DNA of 64,000 bases from Octopus bimaculoides (Eukaryota): contig NC_068989.1 in assembly GCF_001194135.2 (NCBI RefSeq), positions 59,210,853-59,274,852 of the forward strand, written 5' to 3'. The notes beneath the pieces are model-generated. The model saw only the letters and a list, made by a program, of their open reading frames with translations, was not told the origin of the DNA and ran no database searches. The number at the start of each line of letters is the position of its first letter. The first letter of the stretch is position 1. Positions 1 to 12,600 of the stretch are shown piece after piece. The translations under genes and the position numbers were made by a program.

Positions 1-188
1 TGTAACCGCATCCAGTTCTATTTAGCAATTCAGTTAAAGGTGTGAGTGCCAGGCAGAACAGGAGTGGAGAGAGCGTGTCTCCCTGGAATATTCCTCTTCT
101 AATGGAGATGGCTTTCGTTTTCACAAGTCCCTCTTTTGTTTGGAGCTGTAGCACTGTCTGCCATTTGTTCATTGAGTGCCTTATGTTA

Positions 189-259
<71 letters not shown>
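189..259. repeat. (ATT)n microsatellite
   Basis: Pure trinucleotide run. Confidence 0.98.
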
Positions 260-733
260 CTTGCACTCATTTTATGATTCAGTGGTCAACAATATACTAT
301 TGGTCTATACTTTATCCAAGACAGAAAAATTATAGAAAACACAACTGTAGATATATATTATTTCAGAATATAGATCGAAGTTTCTATAGCGTGCGGGGTG
401 GAGCTCCACTACTTCTCCCGGCTTCTCGCTCATTTAATGATCATACCATTCAATGAAGTGTTTTTTTATATATACAGTCCTTATTGTGAAAAGAAGTACA
501 TCAAGTGATTTCATAAAAGATGGACCAAAGCAAACTCCTAAAATTTACTCAACAAATAAGACAAGGCGAGCGGTGTAAAAAAAGTTGAGTTTCCGGTTTT
601 TGCAGATGTTACTTCATTACATGGACATACTATTTTTCATCCGAATCGATTCTAATGTTGTAAGAAAATTTGCTTAGATATCCATTAATCCAGAAACGTC
701 ATTAGACAATAGTTACTAATAATATATTTCATG

Positions 734-1048
734 TGCGGACACGATGCCAAATGCACTTTTGCCGAAGGACAAGAAGCCAATGCCAGGAAGCCGAACGCAC
801 ACAATGCCGAACGGACATAAAGCCGAACCGAAACAGTAATAATTAAAAAAAAAAAACATTCCTACCTATACAGTTTAATGACCAATTCACCAATTTGGCG
901 TATATATTCACTAATTTAGCAATTTTCGTATGTCTTTTCGGCATCCTGTTCGTTCGGCTTTATGTCTAATCGGCATTTTGTCCGTTCGGTTTCTTGGCTT
1001 CGGCTTCTTGTCCTCCTCAAAAGCGCATTCGGCATCTCGTCTGTGTAC
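734..1048. mobile_element. MITE/foldback element with ~100-bp imperfect inverted arms rich in GCCGAA units
   Basis: The 735-835 arm is the reverse complement of about 940-1043; CATG flanks both sides. Confidence 0.65.
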
Positions 1049-1567
1049 CATGTATTTTGCTATTCTTATTACGTACAAGAGTGTTATATCTCAAGCTACT
1101 GCTATCTAGCACCTTCAGATGATCTCTACTCAACCGCTACACAAGTGCTACTCGACTGCTACTCAACAAACCTACCAAGGCCAGACTACCTCTATTTATA
1201 TGTCTTGAGAGATCCTACTTCTTCGCCTGGGGACGTCGACACAACAAAGAGAAACTTATTCATATATTTTGATCATATTTTAAGATTCTTAGTGAAACAT
1301 AGTTTTCACCACTCTCGCTGAAGTAATGAGGAGTCACTAAGTCATTTTATTAGATAGTATAATTTTTGGTACCCAGAAACAGGATTGTTTATTCTTTAGA
1401 CAACTTTATTTTTCTAAGTTAGTGTACAATCTTGTATAATTACTTAGATGTTCATCCACCCAAAGTTCTTTGAGTACTGGGAAGACTATATTTCGTTCAG
1501 CAGCTCATAATATGATCAAACGACTGCTGGATTGTTTCTTATTTAAGCCAGGAAAATGAAAAACATC

Positions 1568-2320
1568 CGAGAGGGTACCCCAAAGTAACCGGAAACGTTC
1601 TCTATGGGACAAGCCCGTTGTAGTTCAGGATTCCGCCGCTAGAAGCCACTTGATGCGACCCTCAGGTAATAGTCCACCGATTGGCGTCTTCGGGTGAAGT
1701 TGTACTGCCATGTGGTGCATCTTTGCTTTGCAGTGCTTCTCCTCTGTTCGTCGATTTTTGCTATGGCTCAAACGAAGGAACAGCGTGCTTCCATGAAATT
1801 CTGTTTTCTGTTGGGAAAAACTGCGGTCGAAACAGTTGTCATGCTTCAAACAGCTTACAAGGATGCTGCGATGTGCAAAACACAAGCTTACGAGTGCTTT
1901 CCACGCCCTGGGAATGATCACTTGTCGATTGAAGACTAACCTCGTTCAGGACGACCGTCGACCCCCACCCCCCGAACGAATGAAAACATCATGAAAACTC
2001 ATGAACTGATCATGGAGGACCGTCACCGAACAATTGACGAACTTGATATATCTGGTGTGTCCTGCAGCTCCTGCCAACGAACTGATGACGGAAGCTGGTG
2101 CTGCGTAATTTGCAAATGTGGAAAACATGAAGTAAAATACGTTAAAAGGCATCACATTGCAAGAGTTCTAGCACTGCTTCGAATAATTATGGAAAACGTA
2201 GCTAGACCGATACATTGCCCTCAAATGGAAAATATTTTGAAGGCGATAAAAGTGTAAACGTAAAACTAAGTGAATAAAATAATACTGTAAAATTCCAGTT
2301 TCTTTTGCGTACCCCCTCGT
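1568..2320 (+). mobile_element. Internally deleted mariner transposon
   Basis: Imperfect TIRs of the (T)ACGAGGG type at both ends; N-terminal transposase remnant (EQRASMKFCFLLGKTAVETVVMLQTAY) with stops and frameshifts. Confidence 0.85.
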
Positions 2321-2365
2321 CGTTAATCGAAGCCATATAGATATGTAAAGAAATCTCTCTTACAG

Positions 2366-2401
<36 letters not shown>

Positions 2402-4008
2402 GGAAAAAGAAAGAGAGAGGGGGAAAAGAAGGAGAGAGGGAATGGAGGGGGAAATAAGTGATTCTACAAACAATTCATTGTTGGTGTTACTAGATGGAGG
2501 TTTACATCAAATTATTGTACGGAGCTTTATCAAACAGCACGATCAGCTTTGGAGACGGTGAAGAGTCAATTTTAAATTCCATAATAGGTCACGTTCCGTC
2601 CACTTTTGGTAACATGAAATATTTTACTTTCAATATTTCTTACATTCGGTGACACTGTTCAACCTTTTGAGGTTAGCGAAAATAAAAGTTACAACGAAAC
2701 AGTATTTTTGTGCTATTGAAATAATACGAAGCGGTGACATCTCAGCGGGTGAGTGTCCCTCAACTCCGGCTTGAAGTGTTTCACCTGGCACGGAAATCTA
2801 ACTAATAGTGGTACAAAAAGTCACTATTTATGATCACATATCCAGAAGGACCACTTACGATTAAAAAAAAATACATATATATATATATTTGGTAGTATAT
2901 ACATTTGTTTGATTCCTGCTGGCTATTTTCATTTGACCGAAGTTGTTAAAGTTTAGAAAAAACGGATACTTGAAATAAATAGAAGAATGGGTAAATATCC
3001 AACTTGTTTTATTCCCAATATTTAGTAATTATGTATCGTTTGGCAGTGAGTAAAACTTTGTTTCATTGTGGAAACCAAGAAGAATTGTTTTGAGAGAATA
3101 AATACTAATCATCACAAAATTTATTTCTTCATGCATTCAGTCTATTGTAGTTCCATGATTTTTTAATTAAACATGGTCTCCTTTAGATAATTGATATTAA
3201 TATTTATATCATTGGTTAGTTTTGAATGTACTAATTATTTTAAGAAGACTGAACAGAAACTGTGTCTTTAGATTTTTTTCCCCAAAACATTTCTACCATA
3301 GGTGGTTACCATTCGGAATCAAACCTGCGACTCTTTGGAGCTTGCTTTCTTCTTACTTTACGCTGCCAGTATAAAATTTTATTACCATGTTTAACGTTTA
3401 TATATTTTAGTTCAAGTCATACAGCCATAACTTAAGTGAGACTGTCTTACAAAAACAACATTCACTAGAAAAGACTATGTACCAAACAGAAAAGAACCAT
3501 AATTTGGTTTCCAAAATTGTATCCATACGAAGTCTTCAAAATAATTGTTTCAGCTTTATTTCAGACTAAGTAAATCAATCCTCGAATCTGATTAATCTAA
3601 AACGCTATCATTCACTATTTGCAACTGAATTTTTCAAACAAACAGGTAGCACTTAAGCTGTTGAATGGGACAGGACTGAAACATATTGATATGTTTGCAT
3701 TTTTGAAGAGTATAAGTAAAATGAACTCATGCCAATCATTAGAATTTTTAGGCTTTCATATATTTCCTCTATGGTGTGTATGGACAATATTTTATCTATA
3801 TTTGAAATGTAACCAAATTAAATTACAATCACTAATCATAAAGTGTATTAGGAGATGAAATTACTGCATACGTTTTATGGTTAATTATTAAATATTATAC
3901 TTTATTTTATGCGGATTACCTTACTACTATTATTCTGTGTTATATATGATAACACATGAGTTTCCTCTTGAACTGAAAATATGGCATATACATACATACA
4001 TACATACA

Positions 4009-4042
<34 letters not shown>

Positions 4043-4254
4043 CATATATATATATTCACATATATATATTTCTATATATATATGTATTATGAATACCATT
4101 TTATTTATATTTATATATATGAATATAAATTATATATATACATATGCATATATATATATANNNNNNNNNNNNNNNNNNNNNNNNNNNNNNNNNNNNNNNN
4201 NNNNNNNNNNNNNNNNATATATAATCATTATTTTTTATCACCTTCAAGAACGTT

Positions 4255-4500
4255 TAGTCTTTTGCCGAACCGCTAGAGCCGGGAACGTAGACACACCAAC
4301 AAGTCTCATACAAGCACGCACGCACACATACACATACGCGCGCGCGCGCGGACCGCTTTTCCTTTCCGTCTACCAACTCCATTCATAAGGCTTTGGTCAG
4401 CTCAAGGCTAGAGTAGAAGACACTTGCCCATGGTGTCACGCAGTAGGACTGAACGCGGAACATGTGGCTGGAAAGCAAAATTCTTACCACACAGCCACGC
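4255..4500 (-). mobile_element. tRNA-derived SINE (family B)
   Basis: A box TGGCTGTGTGGT and a B-box-like GTTCAGTCC on -; homologous copy at about 32703-33100. Confidence 0.75.
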
Positions 4501-4811
4501 GTGTGCATATTATATATTTATATATACGTATAATTGCTAACGGCACTATGATTTTAATTGAGGAATGAAAGCCTTTGCGTTATCCGTTTGTCTTAAGTCT
4601 ACTGTTTGTATTACAACTCTTGTTATTCAGGACATGTAGCACTAATCTCATTGCTGCACCTTCATAAATTCAAAGCGGAATTTAAAGTACGTTTCAGTTT
4701 CAGTTGGCTGGTAAATTATTTTATATTCACCATCGTTTATATAACCAACATCATGACTCATATTTCTTAAACAAACATTCTTTTAAGGAACGAGATAGTT
4801 TATACTTCTAG

Positions 4812-4873
4812 TTTAAACTACAAAAGAAGAGAAGGAAATGCCGTCACCGAACAATAACTACCAAAGGCAAATG
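4812..4873 (+). other. Candidate upstream chitin synthase exon (possible ATG at 4838)
   Basis: Acceptor tttatacttctag and a strong donor ATG|gtaagt. It reads MPSPNNNYQRQM (phase 0, fits 6789) or FKLQKK...GK (phase 2, fits 10581). No homology support. Confidence 0.35.
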
Positions 4874-5041
4874 GTAAGTAAATGTAATAACATTTGCGGA
4901 AGATAAATGTATGTCTTATTACTTCGTGCTGAAATTTGTTTCATTTGTATTTTATATTTGGATAATAGGGTTTAACTTGTTCTTAGGAAAATGTTAATTC
5001 AACCTGTATCATATACTGTTGATATTTCTTGATGCTTGTTA

Positions 5042-5237
5042 AGGTGGTGAACTGGCAGAATCATTAGCGCGCCGAATTAAATGCTTAGTAGCATTTTGTC
5101 CGTCTTTACATTCCGAGTTGAAATTCCGCCGAGGTCGACTTTACCTTTAATCCTTCGGAGTCGATAAAATAAATACCCATTGAGCACTGGGTTACCCCTC
5201 CCTCGAAATTGCTGGCCTTGTGCCAAAATTTGAAACC
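5042..5237 (+). mobile_element. SINE family A copy
   Basis: GGCGAGCTGGCAGAATCGTTAGC..AAATTCCGCCGAGGTCGACTTTGCCTTTCATCCTTTCGGGGTCGATAAA consensus repeated at many sites in the window. Confidence 0.8.
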
Positions 5238-6788
5238 AACATTTCTTGATGTTTCAAACCAAGCTCTCGAGGAAAGAAACCACAAAATTGTATAAACAAT
5301 ACAATGTTCTATGTTTATTATTTTTATTGACACAGGTTCTGATATAAACAGAATGCATATCATAGCTCCCCACCCAGCATAAAGCCACATAGATCGAAAG
5401 GATATGATTTATATATTACTCAGGTTGTGTGAAAAGTGAAATTTATCTGGCAGAATTTAAAGCCTGAACACATGCTATACATAGCCTCACGTTTTATTAC
5501 TCGATATAACTTTACGAATCTTCATCCATAACCAATGTAACTTGTCTTATTCCATGTACTAAATTTCAAATAATAAATATTCCTTATATAGACATGGAAA
5601 CTAATATCCCAAGGGAAATATTTTTCTTCACAACACTTTTGATATGATTTCAAATTAGAATTAAACCCAGGCCACGGGTTCTATTTAAACTCGAAAATGT
5701 TGCACTGGTGTTTACTTAGGTTTGCCACCCTGAAATTAATTTAGCACAGGCACACGAGGTAGCGAGTTGCAATACAAAAATGTGTACATTTATTTTTAAT
5801 NNNNNNNNNNCCTTATATAGACATGGAAACTAATATCCCAAGGGAAATATTTTTCTTCACAACACTTTTGATATGATTTCAAATTAGAATTAAACCCAGG
5901 CCACGGGTTCTATTTAAACTCGAAAATGTTGCACTGGTGTTTACTTAGGTTTGCCACCCTGAAATTAATTTAGCACAGGCACACGAGGTAGCGAGTTGCA
6001 ATACAAAAATGTGTACATTTATTTTTAATATGGTCCTGTCCATCAGAACGTGAAAGGCATTCACTACAGGCTTTTGTCTCGGATGAAAAAATTCTCTGTA
6101 GTCTTTGTGTGTAAAAACACTTCGACTCTTGCTTCAAGTAATACAGCAGCCTATCAGACATAGTGTTTCAGCATGATTCTGCCTCTTCGGTGGCAGAAAC
6201 CGCTTTGGTCATTTGGAGATACACCGTAACGTTTCTTGTATCTAGGAAACAGCACACAACCTGAGTAATATATAAATCATATCCCTTCAATCTAAGTGGC
6301 TTTATGCCGGGTGGGGAGCTATAGTAGTACATTTGCTGAGGTATGCTGACGTTTGTCATGCCAGAATTAATTTAGTAGCAGCACGTGAAGTAGAAATGAG
6401 CAGTATAAAGACTTCGCCTTTCCTAATAAATACATCCGTCAATGAATAGTTTGCATTGTTGTCTTCAACATGGTGATTCTCCAAACTATACATTAATACA
6501 AATTAAAAGCTGAGTATATAGTTGAAATATGGTAGAGATGGATCAAAATTTGAAAAATTAAGATGTAAGTTTTGTGTGTCGCTAAGGTCAACGCTGGATC
6601 AAATTACATGGATGTTTACGTAGTGCTTTGTCGAGATTTTTCTATAGATTTCATGCAATGAACACGTTAAGAAGTTTGTATGGTCTACATTTAGCTATTA
6701 ACCAATATTGATACCCAGCAATAACCCCACGCAAAAGTCTATAATAAAAATCAGATTCGTATTCTTCTATATAATTCTTATTTTCTAG

Positions 6789-6904
6789 GCTGGTTTCGCA
6801 GTACTGCTTTTTATTGTCATGTGGGTATCTATGACCACAGGACATGTAGCACTACTCTCATTGTTGCACCTTCATAAATTTGAAGAAATATCCTCGTCTA
6901 CTTG
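6789..6904 (+). CDS. CHS: Chitin synthase N-terminal TM exon (AGFAVLLFIVMWVSMTTGHVALLSLLHLHKFEEISSST)
   Basis: Acceptor cttattttctag, donor TG|gtaagt. The phase-2 end joins the G at 10581 to make TGG (W). Hydrophobic reading. Confidence 0.65.
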
Positions 6905-9601
6905 GTAAGTAACGAATGAAAAATGTTTTATATCTTTTCAAGAATATTGACTACTATTACTACGTAATATAAGATTGTGTAGTTTGTTATATTTGGTTTA
7001 GAAGATAGAAAAAATTGGAGGCAGAAACATTAAGACATAGTTGTTACATTATCCAGAATAGACAGTGAGGATTCTTTCCATTCTCACATTCCCCTTCACT
7101 TTTCCACCTGTGGTCCAGCCTTTCAAAACCTATAAAGGTTGCTCGAACTGTACAGAAGAGACCCGACTGCGTAGAGACTGGCCAAATTACTGACGGTGTA
7201 AAAGCACCAAAAAGAATTTTTATTGTACCCCCTTATAAGGCTTCATAACAAACCGATTTTCTCCCACTTGCTGTAAGATGACGTACCAAACACATGAACG
7301 TTCAAGGTGTGACATGAATATTACATACCACAATTTTTCGGGTGGACACAGAATATGGTTACTCTTCCACAATTTGCAAAATACTGGATTCTACATATGC
7401 TTTTTGAAATTATACCGAAATTTTCATTATTATTGTTGAGGATGAAGAAAGTGATGTCGTGACAACCTCTTGTGAGAACGTACGGTCTTGTTTGTTCTGG
7501 TAGATTCTGTGAGAACAGACAGTAGCTTGCCGTCGGAAGTCTCACAGGGTCTCTTTCCGCACATTATAAACTTTGATACTTGGTTGTTAATTACTGTGGG
7601 AGACATGTAACATCTAAGTACTAATCTCAAGATCCTAGCTGCCCCCAACAGAGCAGTGTTTTGGGCTTGCTCTGCTTTCATGCCAATTCCGTTTTCTTTG
7701 ACATATTTCTCGAACTTGGTTGTTAGTGCTCCGAGTGTCCCTACAACTACTGGAATGACAGACACTCTCCTCATAGTCCACATTTTTGCAATTTCGTCTT
7801 TTAGTAGTCTGTACTTTTCAATCTTTTCTAGTTCTTTGTCACTTATGCGTGCATCTCCAGGTATTGAAATATCTATGATCTTAGTTTCCTTTTTTCTTTT
7901 ATCTACCACAACAATATCTGGTTTCCGAGTCTCGACTCCGAGTCACATTGGATTGTAAACTCCCACAGTATCTTATATTCCTTGTTCTAGGTGACTCCTT
8001 CTGGTTCATGTTCGTACCATTTCCATGCTCTGTTCAGACCGTACTTTTCACGTAGCCTCCAGTGAAGGAACTTAGCCACGTTATTGTGCGTCCTTTTGTG
8101 GTGTTTTGGGGTTAGCTTGCTACACTCACTCACAATATGTGAGATTGTTTCGTTTCTGCTGTCACACATTCTACAAAGGGGCGATTCGCTATTATTATCT
8201 ATTTCGAACTTGGTGTAATTAGTTCTCAGAGCTTGTTCCTGGGCTCTGCACATCAGTGCCTCAGTGTATCCTTTCAGATCACTTTCAGATATTGTCTTCT
8301 CCTTCGATTTCTTTGAGGTATTGCTCATGCAGTGGTTTCATTTTCCAGTTGTTTACTCTTTCTTTTTCATCCTGTTTCTTAGATGTTTGTGGGTTCATCG
8401 CATTTTTGGTAGGTATTATATTGTTAATTCTAACAGCGGCAAGCAAGGATTCATTCTGTTGTTTGATGCACCATCTAAGACTGTTCTTCTAGTTGACAAT
8501 ACAGATCTTGCATCCTATGAGACCTCTTCCACTCCTGTTTCTAGGCACATACAGTATCGCTTTTAGGGCGAAGTTCCATGTTAATTGTCATCACCTTTCT
8601 AGTTTTCCTGTCCATTTGCTCATGCTCGTTCTTCGTCCACATAACAACACCTGCGTCGTATCGCTTTAAAGAAACGGTCCCTGTGTTGCCCTGATTTTGT
8701 TTTTTTCCCATTGAGTCTACTTCCTATGAATAACTTGGTTCTTCTGAGATATTCTCGCCTAAAGCTTTCCTTGATTTCACTTTCCTTGATTTTGTCGTAT
8801 TCTAAAATCCCCAGATATTTATATCCATCAGTTTCAATATCCTTGATTTTATCGCCGTTGGATAGCTCTACACCACCATCAGACGACACTACTTTTCCTC
8901 TTTGTATTATAAGTATACCAAACTTTTTTGTCCCAAAGTCCATTCCGATATCCTTACTGAATATCTGCACTGTTGAAACTATGTCGTTTATTTCACGTTC
9001 GAACTTTCCAAAGATATTTAAATTCAAAGATCTTTAAATCATCCATATATAACAGATGTTTTAATTTTCCTCCACTTTTCAATGTGTACCCCGATGTCAC
9101 TTTCAGTAGTATCTGTGTGAGGAGTATCATCCAAATCACAGACAACAATTGTAATAGGCTATTTCCTTGAAATATGCCTCTCTTGATGTTAACCGTCGCC
9201 AAAAACTTTTCCACTTGAGGTTAACTCTGTAGTCCAGTTTTCCATTGATCTCCTAATAAAATTTGATGTTATCAGACACCTATACCAGCTCAAGACTTTT
9301 TAAAATCCAGGAATAGGGGACCATGTCATACGCTTTCTTATAATCGATCCACACCATACCCAGATTAGTATTTTCTTGCAGTGGTTCAGTACCATTCTGT
9401 CTATCAGAAGTTGGTCTTTTGTTCCTCAATGCTTACGACCTGGAACTTAACTGCGACGAATACTATATATGCTAGAACATTGTCTTTGCATATATGCTTA
9501 CATATATCCGTAATAAGCATTGTGGGGAGAGACATGTTCATATAGCATAAACGTATGCTTAGATGTATGCACACCTACATATATGTCTATTTGTACGTAT
9601 G

Positions 9602-9632
<31 letters not shown>

Positions 9633-12600
9633 CATTAGCACTGATTGCAAGGCCAGTGGATGAGCGTGGTATGTGTGTCAGTGTTTCTGCTTGCGACTAG
9701 GCAGAAGCATTCGAATTTTTTCAGCCTCGCTTTATACTGCATAGAGATAACCCTAAGTCATAGGTACCGGCATCATAACCAGTATAAGTTCTGTCACTGT
9801 TACCCCAATTACAAATATTTAATTGCTTTATTTACGCCACTAAAATCCATCTCTCTGTATATAACGCCGCAGACATCATCATCAATTCTTACAACATTAA
9901 TTTCCTCCTCGTCGTCATCATCATTAATATCNNNNNNNNNNNNNNNNNNNNNNNNNNNNNNNNNNNNNNNNNNNNNNNNNNNNNNNNNNNNNNNNNNNNN
10001 NNACCACCACTACCACTATCAAACTATCTTCCCCATTGCTCCACGTTAACAGCTTCAACTCCCAAGCCGCCGTCACGACATCACTTTCATCATCCTCAAC
10101 ATTGTCGTCCTTGCCCAATATCATTTCTATCATCATAACATCTCCACCAATACCACCACTATTCATATCACCACCACCCTCTAAAGGGAATGTTAATCCC
10201 GGAATTCTGATATTCTACCAAAACTAGTTTTCGTGTATCGACTTAGTTTGCTCAGAGCGGAATTAGTCTCTAAATATCACTAACAGGATTAAGTGAAGAC
10301 AGAAAAGTAAAGATTTACTGATCAGATCGACAATTGTCCACGATAAACCACATATAGCAGTTCTCCATTATTAACTAATGTTTAACATTAAACGTTGACC
10401 CCTTTCGATAATTCATGGTTTAGACTCTTCTGTATAGTGTCACATTAATGAAGTAAAAGAAGTGAGTTACGAAATTAAAAATTGTATCCTTTTACAGTGA
10501 AATATTGTTGATGAATGGAAACAGGTTTTTTTTTTCATTCTGTACGAAAACTAATCAATGTTATATTCTTTCTGTTACAGGTACATCTGTGTTTGCATTG
10601 TGCTCGAAATTCCACACTTGTTTAACATAGCTCACTGCGTGTGGGGTACCTCCTTCATTTGTGTCAAGAAATGGACAAAATGGCCAACTGTGTCACATCT
10701 TTGCACGGTATTTAATATATCAACACACAGAGAAATATTTAAGCGATATTTAATGATAAGGATAAAAAATCTAGTGTTGCATAAAATTGCTTTCTTTCTT
10801 TTTTTTCTTTTTGCGGCACCGACTTTGTCTAATGTTCCTTTCAACATTTTCAAAGGGTTGGTAAAATGAATTCCAGTCAAGCCCTACGTTAATTAAATTA
10901 ACCTACCTCTACCCTAAAAATTTATTGTGTTCAGTCACAGACAGGAAATTGATTTTTGTACGATACTGCTCCAAGACAAAATTTTCCTCATATAGGACCC
11001 AATATCGAATTAATATTGAGCTGCCTGATAATTTCGAGTTTCTTACCATTTATTTCAATCCTAATTTTTAACAGGTCAGTTGATAATAAGTTCTTCGTTC
11101 ACGACAAGAAGTCGAATGTATTTGACAACCCAATAGTTAATTATGGAAGCATTGTTTTCTATATTTACTAATTTTCTTATGCAAATGAGATACCATTTTT
11201 CTGAGAGCAATAATTTTATAATGGTGTTACCTGCACGTATGCACGCGCATATACATAGACAGTTGTATATGACTGATTTATAACACTAGTAATTCTTACA
11301 TGTCATTTAAAATTTCAAGTGTTGATTACATTAAACTATTATTGACCAATTGTTTTAGTAATCGTTTTTTTTTTTGGTATGTTTTAGTCAAGAGGGAAAG
11401 CAGGGCTCAAGATCCTATACAAGGCTTTCAAGACTGGTGAATTGGAGTAAGGAGGGTGTCCTTGAACCAGTGACTTAGTCTGAATTATTAGAACAGAACA
11501 GACCCGCTAATTATACCTAAGGTGCCAGGAAATGATGTGAAACTAAGCAACGGATTAAATCTATAACTATTGTGGACCATAGTAGGATTTAACTCTGAAT
11601 ATAAAAAGCTGGACCAAATACTGGAAGGCTTCTGGACCGAGATTTTATTGACCCTAGAACAAATACCACTTTAACGACTCTCTTCCTATAAAATATATTT
11701 GATACATGCCATATTTACAAGCATTAGTTCCTAACGTAGATGGTGTCAATGTACAACTTTCCATTTTTCTCTTCTACAAAGTGAAATGCTTTACTCAGTC
11801 AGACGGTTATATATTATTTGCACTACAGCGTTAGACCAAAATTTTACCACACAGTCCACCCTATTTAATACATAAAAATGTTTTTTAATCTTCCTTACTG
11901 AGTCTCCATTAGCCTTTGCAGGCACTCCACTACTAACGAGATGGTGTTAGTGTTGAGCTTAAACTGTTGCAGATCAACATACGTATGAGCAGGAAGAAGA
12001 TTCCAGAGGGTTGATATTTTGGAGAGGAAACAACCAGGTGTAGTAGTTAGAGCGTGACAGGGAGTGAGGCGGACATGACAGGGGTGACCAGAAATGGAGA
12101 GACAACTGGAGCGAGAGCGTCTGAGTGAAGGTGATACGAGAGCCACGAGCTTCGAGAAACAAGGGTTCTTATCGTCACGATAGAAAAAGGGAGAGGTGGG
12201 AGACAGTACACCAGTGGATCAGGCATTTTATTAAATTTTATTTCCTTCAATACCAAAGAGTCTAGTAGCTCTTCTCTGGATGCGGATGCAGTCCAGAATT
12301 TATGTATACCTATTAGTGGTTCTGTCCCTGATGTGAGAGCGGTATTCAACGCCAGGCCTCTCTGAAACCTTCTGCAGTGCCTGCAACTGTTAAGGTCTGA
12401 AATATTTTCTGACCAGAAAGAGAAGGATCAGTCCTAAGTTTACAATCTAATTTCATCAGTGATTCTCGGTGATAGCGAGGATAATAGTATTCAGAATGAC
12501 TTCTCACTTATATTTAGCAGAAGTGTTGTGCGATCGTGTTTCCTTGATATGTGCAGTGCTGTTAAAAGTGACAAGATTGGTATGCTACCCCAAACACACA

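Noticed and set aside
42-335. 97-aa ORF with poly-Ile
   Set aside because: Translation of an (ATT)n microsatellite.
2494-2608. Candidate exon MEVYIKLL...PSTF (phase 1, could join 4631)
   Set aside because: Weak acceptor and no recognisable homology; kept only as a hypothesis for 5' RACE.
5582-6029. Exact 219-bp tandem duplication (5582-5800 and 5811-6029)
   Set aside because: Identical copies separated by a 10-N gap; typical unmerged contig overlap, not biology.
6048-6360. Possible exon or transposase relic
   Set aside because: All frames are interrupted and there is no convincing motif.
12425-12468. Hammerhead-like CUGAUGA...UAAAC-UUAG-GAC on -
   Set aside because: Two core deviations (GUAAA, GAC), and it lies in the CR1-like RT coding remnant (..KLGL..); likely coincidence.
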